Part shown: piece after piece, positions 49,980 through 58,900 of the stretch | Layout of the letters: each line of letters opens with the position of its first letter | Numbering within the stretch: position 1 is the stretch's first letter | Assembly (NCBI GenBank): GCA_050575255.1 | Contig: JBNZDD010013726.1 | Coordinates: 310,001-374,000, forward strand | Length of the DNA stretch: 64,000 nt | Direction of reading: 5' to 3' | From: Harriotta raleighana | Taxonomy: Eukaryota | Made by a program: the position numbers and the translations under genes | The notes under the pieces: generated by a model | Seen by the model: the letters and a program-made list of their open reading frames with translations, nothing else | The model's database searches: none | Told to the model about the DNA's origin: nothing

Positions 49980-52900
49980 AAAACCTTTTGCCCTGGAGAT
50001 CCACGAGGTCCACTTGAACCCGGTTCCCCTTTAATTCCATTGGTTGATATTCCCGCATCTCCTTTCTCACCCTATTGAATAAGATCATATTGTCAAACAA
50101 GTAACGGACACAGCATTTTTTTTTCTGCAGTCAGCTGTGGAATATTCTGTGTAACATTCACAGGAAAGTTGTGATGAGCATTAGACACCATTGGCAGTGC
50201 ACAAGAACACAAATGCATTAGCGGCCAGGCAAAAGCACTGCAAATTCAATTGAAAGGATATAAATAAATCCTAAAAGATTTAGGATGCAGATGTACATAA
50301 ACAGGACAATAGATAGCTATGAATCATGACCTAAACATGGTTTTAAAATTTACTTTTCATTATGGATTTATAGTTGAGCACATTAATTCTGTCACTAACT
50401 TCCATTTTATTGATGAGTTGTTGAATTACAGTCAAGATACCACAAGTGAGGGGAGGCACTGATCATTTTCTGAATCACTGACATTGTCAATCTTGTATAA
50501 ATCCCTCACCAATCGCACCCACACCTTCCCGATTCAAATTGCTTATCCATATTTAAGCTACAATGTAGTGGATCGAATCCACTGAACAAAGCCTTACCTT
50601 TTCTCCAAGCATTCCAGCTTCACCTGGAATCCCATTTTCACCCTGCATGATAAGCAAATAAGAGCAGTTTGACACTTCTTCTAACCATAATCTATAATTC
50701 TAGTGAAAACCAATTCTAAACCCAAATATTTGTAATAAAATGGTGCTTTTTTGTACAAATGGTTTAAAATAATGTAAATCACTTTAATTTTACAAATAAA
50801 GCACAGAATGTACAATACAATATATTTTGGGTTACTGCACAATATTTTACATTGCAACAGAAAATTCCTGACTGTCCAGCACCTTCTTGACGTGAAACCA
50901 CTATGCAAATGTTATTTTGTAATGTAATTTCAATTTTAGGCTGAATTTATTCAGTGGTATTCTCCTTTCCTTTCAGGTCTTGTAACTAATTTCGCCAAAG
51001 CCTCTCAGATTATGTTCTAAAGACAGTAATCCATTCAATAAAGTGATTCACAATCACTGATATCCATGTTTCAAGTTGTTTTGTAAAATCAAAATGGACC
51101 AGAGGTTCTTCAACATGTGGGACCTAAATTAGGGAATTAATTATCTAAAAACAAACTCAGGTTATAATTTTGCTACTTTAAAGCTTTAAATATTCACCCT
51201 TGCAGCTCGCACTGTCTACATACTCTATCATAGATTCCATCTCTTCAGTGAACAGGTCCTCAATCCCCAAAGGCTATAAAACTAAAACTCCACACAATTT
51301 ATCCATCTTCACACAACTCAACCCTGATTGGCTACTTTCTCAGATTCATTCCTTTCCTCCAAAGCAACATGTGCGCCCACTAACACACAAAGGCTTGCGT
51401 TGCAAAAAGCATTTGATTATTACAACCTACATTTAGATAATCTTAACTCAAATCACTTTCAATCCCATTCCCAACCTTTATCAAGTTTCTTTGAAGGAAT
51501 TGCTCTGCACAACTGAACGCTCAACTGCTTTTACTGAAATACTCTTCCACTTAAGAAATAACGTATTTTTTACAGAAAAACACCTCAAAGTGCTCCATAG
51601 GGAATTCTTTGTTTTTTGTAGGTAAACATATGCACCAATAGTAAATGCTGCTTTCTATTCCCTCATTTAAGGTTCAATAATTTTAAGACATTTCCTTCCA
51701 CAAATAGAATCCAACTTTAAAAAAAATTATCTTACCTATGCATTTCATTATTTTAAAGAGTTAAATTGGGGCACACTCTCTCCATCTCAGTCTTTCTGTA
51801 ACAAATTTAACTGCATGTCTCCTCTTAATTTAGAGCACAACGTTTTGAAATGATCCTCAGCATTCTTCTTATTTTCCGCTCAAATGTACCAATGTCCTTT
51901 TGAATGTAGGTTGCCCAGATGGCGCAGTATTTTAATTGATTTGGTCAAATCTTTTTGACATGCAACTAATTATTAGATTTATTGATTGTATCCACAAATT
52001 CACTGGATACTTTCAGTTAATGATTAACCACACAAAATCTTTTTTCCCTCATTTGCTACAGTGGGCATATTTTTACTAGTCTAATTTGCTTAATCGTAGA
52101 TAGAAATCTGTATGAAAACTTAAAAAAAGTTATTATCATAATTGGTTCAGTTCTCTTTGCATGCCATTTATCTCTGTATAACAGGATATTTGTCAGCAAT
52201 TTTTAAATAAGGTTACAGGGTTCCAAGCCACTTATGAATAGTGTAGAAAACAGGCAACCCAGCACAGAGTACAGTGCTGTGATACTGCTAAACATTATAA
52301 GGGAAAAGCATTTACTAATAACTTAAATCACTTTGTAAAATGTTAGATAGATATTATATAATTTATATAATAATAACAGCCTTGATTGGTCCGGTAGTGG
52401 TCAGTTATATATCACCACGCAAATGCCTCTTAATTTGTACATTTCAAAAATCACCAATTTTGGATCAACCCAAAACTAGTTTTTAAACAAAACTAGTCAA
52501 GCTGTAATTTCTTGGGAGGTAAATGCAATGGTAAATATAGCTCCAGATCCATGCATCAATGAGTCAGTCAAATCCACGCTGCAAGTCCTACCCTAAGACC
52601 TCTCCTCCCTCGAAGACCACGAAGACCTGGTTCACCCTATATATATTTGAATATGAAAGGAGGAAATCACCACACAAGACTCAGTTAAAAAAAGCTAATT
52701 GAGAATGAACTTTAAAATACATTATATTCTCAATAAAACAACACTGGAGACAGAGCCCCAAGGTAAGGTACAGAATATGTAACAGTGACAATTAAGCCAG
52801 GAACCTTCTCAAGTTTCTTGAGTTTGTATGTCTGGGACATTATGAAGTTATTCATTTTGACAATTCAACTGCATCAGTTGATTACATCCATCCGTTTTAC

Positions 52901-55900
52901 ATTTGTGGAGCATTAAGCACCATAAATCAGCCCACTGGGGCTTGGAGGTGTGAAAGAAGGCTTAACTGGAGTGATGATCAAATGACTTACATAAAGGCCC
53001 TCTTGGATTGACAAGCCTACAGAACATTTCACAACATAGATGATAAATGCTGGATTGGATTTCATACTCGTACAGCTGTTCAAATACATTTATAGTAAGT
53101 AATATACAGGTTGTGGACTTATTAATTCCCGAAGACACAGTTAGCTGGCATTATAAAACAACACACAATGGAGTGAGTGGTTCAGTAAGGTATCAAGTTT
53201 CCTAGAATTGCTGTTATAGGTTTAAATCTTTATGTAAACCAAACATACCAATCCATCCATTATATTTATATGACAAGTTTAAATCAGCTCTTAGATCAAA
53301 TTGTGTTCCACTGCAAGGCAGACCAGCATGAATACACAAGGCCGAAGGAAATAGAAGCATATAGGAGAGGAGATTAGAAGGAGTAGAAGCTTTTGTATGT
53401 CCTGAGATGGGCTTTGAAGGAGGTGAGGAGTGGAGGGATCCTGGGAGTTTCAGAGGGTGGATAATAATAATAATAATAATGCAGAAAAGCTGAACATCTG
53501 ACCATCAAAATGGTCAGGGGACATGGATCATGCCAGTGCCCACTCAGTGGAGGAAGGGACGAGCATCGTTAGAGGGATTTAGAAGTGAGGACAAGGATTT
53601 TAGACTCAACCCTTTGGGGGATTGGGAACCAATGGAGACAGGCAATAGAAGCAATTGGTCCATGGGGGTTTGTGTGGGTCAGGATGTGAATTGCAGTGTT
53701 TTGAATAATCTGCATCTTGCAAATGGAAAAGTTGGGAAGACCAGCGAGTCAGGAATAAAATAGTCAAGTCTAGACATATTGAATGAATGGATATGAGTCC
53801 TGGGGCCTGAAGGACATGCAGTGGTGGAGGCCACAAACAAAACTATCAATACATAAAGTGGTATTATACCTTTTCTCCCGGAGGTCCAATATTCCCTGGC
53901 TCTCCCTGTGTCCAAAAGAAAGCGTGAAGAGCAATAGATCAGAAATGAAGAGAGATAAAGGAAAGTGAAATTTACCAATGAAAGAAACCACATTGGAAAA
54001 AAATTGGGTTTGACAACGTTGTACTTTAACTAACCTTCAACCCAAAAGCAGCTGAACGCGGTATGCCCTAAAAAGGATAGAAAATAAGATCGGAGGCGAG
54101 ATCACATACATACAGACCAGTAGATAAACAGAATAATAGAATTTCAGGACTATTATGCCATGGTACAGCTGTTAAGATTTCAGATGACCTTGCCATATAT
54201 AGTAAAATGATCAGTAGTTGATAAAGGGGTATTAAATGGGATTGTTATGGCTGTCTGTTAGAAAATTTGTAAGGCACCCTCTATATTACTGGCGAAAAGT
54301 GAATCTAATAAACATTAGAGATTCTTTGGTTCCATAAATATTGGGTTATTTTATATTTATTAGTTTACCAAGTTGCAAACAGTTAACCAGGATTAGTGGG
54401 AAAATCAGATATTTGAACTTGTATAAGGAGACTAGTCTAACTTTTAGGGCGAAGTGGGAAAGCAAAGTGGCAGAGAAAATCTAGCTATCCCCTTGCAGCA
54501 CTCTTCACAAAGTTACAATGTCTTGTTTGGTCTCTATAGATAGATATCTAAAATCAGAAAAATGTTTTGAGTCAAATTCCAAATGAAAAATCTTGATTTC
54601 AAGTTGATGTTTACAACTTTTGAAATTGCAATGCCTTGGAATGTGATTGTTTTTAATGATCCTCACGTATTTCAAACTTCAGGAACTGCAAGTGGTTAGT
54701 CACTTGTACAGTAATTTTCACATGTTATTGTGTTATCATCCCACAATCCAGTTAGTTAACCAATGAATATTTTAAATAATGCAACATAAATGTTTAAAAT
54801 TTTGCAACAATTGGGAATGTGAAAAGGACTGACCATTTTCATCTGTGAAAGCATTATATAGACTATGTAGAGTTTACAAAGATGCCTTTTTTAGTATAAA
54901 AGTCATGAGTTGAGTTCAGCAGGCATGAAGGGAAGTGATAGAGAGTAGAGGAAATCTCTTGGGGTAGAATACCTTAGCTCCAGGCTTTCCTGGAACGCCA
55001 GGCCTTCCTATCTCTCCCTACAAAAAATAAGATAGATACAAACCAACTGGATAATGTTACAGGAAAACATATCATCCATTTTGTATAGAAAAGAACAGGA
55101 AAGGAGATGGAGGTTAAGGGATAGACACGTACAGAGAAATAACAGCTGGATGGAGATAGAGAGGAAGAAGAAAGTCAAGAATGTTGGCCTTGCCCACACT
55201 TACTCCAGACGTTACAATATCTCATTCACATCTAGACAATCAATATCTACACTTTTCAATGTCTTACGTTTTGTCAATGGTTTAAAACTTGAATTCGGAT
55301 TTTTGAAAATGTGTTTATAGTCACAGTTACAAACTATGCTAAATAGTAGCATCTCTCATTCCCACACCACCCCCTCCCCACCCAGTTATAGAATTAAGTA
55401 AACCATCATTGTGTTTCTAGGATTCAGCACCATCCAACTTTAAACTCATCTAAACTCAACCAATTCTGTTGGTACAAATGTCTTAAAATTATATAACTCA
55501 CTGCTGAACAAGATAACAGAACTTGAATTTCCTAATTTGCAATTCCTGATGTAAGTACTAAGAGCACTTGAATCAAATTAATGGTGCAAAATAAAGAAAC
55601 CTCCATGCTCAGAGCTGCTCTAATTAGATTTTCGGCAAAAACTTTAAAAATATTTAATTGTTAAATGAAGGATTTGGCTAATAAATGAGAAAGATCCACA
55701 TATTTCCCTTAGTTTTATAGTACTGTATTGAGTTATTTGTGGGAAAATGTTGCATTNACAAAGAAAATCGTCTTTTTACTCATGTACATTTACTTTAGAA
55801 AAGCATAAAGAAATGCAGTATTCAAGGAGTTAAGGCACTGAAATCCGTTTCCACTTTCCTGCTGTAAACCTGACCATAGATCTCCCCATACATTCAATTC

Positions 55901-58900
55901 CCCACAGACCTATTGAGTTTTTAACTTTTCTGCCAAAGCTCTACTGTGTTTAACAAATGGCTCAAGTCAGATACAACTTACAGATGCACAATGTATCAAA
56001 TAATATTTTACAAAAGTTACATTGACGGTAGTGTTTAAATTTTGGCACATAAAGCTGCACATTAAATATTAGTCTCAGTAAAAATGAACAGGAATGCCTT
56101 CATGAAACATTACTGATCAATTCCAGAAACTATTTATAATCATTATTTCACTTAATAGCAATGAGCTGAAAATGGAATGGTTTGATTTCCATTTCTTAAC
56201 CTCCGTTGTGCATGAAGAAAATAATCGTTATTAAATTAACTTTGTGGGAAGATAAATATTTTGTTGGAGAATTAGTATTCAAATACTGTACAACATCTTC
56301 TATTTATTCATTGGTTACTGTATGGGTTAAACCAGCAGTTTCTCATTGTCATCAACAAATCATCCCATATCCATATTGGTCTGGGGAGTTTACTGTCCCT
56401 GGTTAGCATGGAAGAAAATGTTGATCTGACAAACATAATGCTTGTCGATAGTTTAATGTGCTCCAAATGCGAATGCTCACCATATATATGTACCCATTTG
56501 CAATTTTAAAGAGATTGCTTCAGTCAGAAGATTTACATGCCAAAAGTTCATAGTGGTCAAGTTAAATTTTCCCTTCAAATGGTTTTAAACACAGCACATA
56601 TGGCTATTTTGAGGTTCTGGGTATTATTCTGTTCTTGTAAATACATGAATGATCTTGATCAACATTGCTATTATAAACCATCTTATTCAATATGTGTATT
56701 ATGCAAGAAAAGAACAGGATTCTATGAGGCACAGATTCTTGCTAAACGCTGCCAACACTGCACTATAAAATACTGTGAGCAGATGTGTTCTTATTTGTAG
56801 GGTATACTTTATTTTCCTCTAGTCCCCGAATACCCTCCTACTGCCCATGGATTGCTTTCCTTGCAGTGCTCCATTTAGCATCTTGGCTGACTATGTATGG
56901 CGCTTAACCAATTGAAACAAGCAAGTGAGAGCAGCACCCTGAGACTTGCACTCTTAGTCTACTGCTTGGGAGTCAAGGAGAGAACTCAAGCACTTGAGCT
57001 ACTGTACTTCGAGCAGCTCAAGTGTTCGATGAAAATAGTCAAAATATCTGTGCCAGAATGGGCAGAATTTTAGTTTCTCTAAAAAAAGTCTAGGAATTAC
57101 ATGGTTCTCTAGACTTACAGTACTTTGTGGTTGCAAAGCAGCAGCTTTTCTAATTATGATATAATTGGGGTTCAGAGGAATAGAATGGGAACGCATTCAA
57201 CATGAATCTCCCAAAAGGTTTAGTTATTTCTCCAAATCATGGACTGAGTCCACATTCTGTCTTTTTTCAGGCTTTTTCCGCCTGCTTAAACAGAAAACCA
57301 GTGAACTACTGGCACATTCCCAGAGAATCCCCATGAAAAAGCTTTCTAATAGATTTAACATTTATGCAGTGGAATTTGTAGCAAACACATTTCCTCCTGC
57401 AGATGATGAAAAAAACACCTCAAATGGTAACATTTTGAGATCTGTTTTTCATGGAGCTTGGAGACAGTAGGAGAAAATTACCAGTACCCAAGTCAGTCGA
57501 TATTAACAATGATTAGTTTTATCACAGAAACATTTGAGATTAATGGTAATCATTTTTAATCATTAATCCCCAACCCCAAAGATGGCAGGATCTATTGTGA
57601 TGATATTTGTTTCTTTTCTGAGGAGAAATGGAATAAAATATATAGCAACATGAACAAAATATCTGGGCAAGATTTTTTAAAATCCTTTCATTTGGTAATG
57701 CGCTTTTCACTTCTTCTTGATATCTCAAAGCGCTTCACAGAATATATTGTGAAGTGAATTGATTGTATATTTCTGGGCAAAGTATGAAGTATTATGCAAG
57801 TATTTGAAAGATTTCAAAATGTCACAAGAATGTACTGTACATGATTTCCAAATAAGAGTTCAAAATGTTGGAATGTGGAATTAAGTTTGTCTCTACATTT
57901 GGGGTATATACTTGTTTATAAAACTCAAGGGATCAGTATTAAAAAGAACTGTGGAGAAAACTTTTTATAATTTAATTAAAAATAATCCATGTATTTGATG
58001 TAGCTCTCACGTCTTGTAGATGTCTCAAAGCACTTGTAGTGTCTCAATACACTGTAAAATTAAGTGATTGTATATTTGTGGGCATAATGCGGCAGCCAAT
58101 TGTACACAGGAGCATCCCACAAACAGTTATAGGTTGAATTTATTATTGTTTTATTTTCTTTGGGATTATTATGATTGACTATCTATCTGATGATAAAAGG
58201 TCTAGGAATTTTTTTTTGAGATGGAGGTAAAATGTTGCTTCAAACATATGTGTAAACAGGACATGTAGACAATTTCATGAAAGTCTGGACTTGGATGGAA
58301 TTACCCAAGTGCAGTTAATTCACATCTGAAGTCATTGCAAATGTTCCAAATTTTTTCTTTGAAAATCTCATGGATGGAAAATAAATAGTCTGATACCACA
58401 TTGGTATGTTGGGAGCCTGGAGTTTATTTTCAACACTGCATTATTTTGTATGCACATGATGTTGACGACTCCAACAGTAGCAGACAAAAATATTGAACTA
58501 CCTCTAATCGGTATGGTAACTTGCCTATGTAATGGCAGGAGGGTGGGCATTCAGGAAGGATGAGATCAAATGGATTGGAGGGCCTTCTTCATTGAAACCT
58601 CTTGTGATCATGCAACTCTGAAATTTTATTGAAATTAATAATAAAATAACCTAATCATTTGATATAGTGCCTTTTCATATTAGGAGGATGTGCTTATCAC
58701 CAAAGCACCCTTAAAGCAAATATCTCATTACATTTACCAGCAGATGGCACTGGCACTCTGATAACAAACCATAACAGTTTGACTTCAAATCATGGTGGCC
58801 TTAAATTTATAATTCTAAGCTATGTCAGCTCCAGATACATTACATTTCAAATACCAAGTCCCACTGTTCCTGCCTACCTGAGAATTATATTTCAACATGA

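Noticed and set aside
21860-55757. Single N bases at 21860 and 55757
   Set aside because: Assembly ambiguities in non-coding sequence with no biological meaning, though they may hide small gaps.
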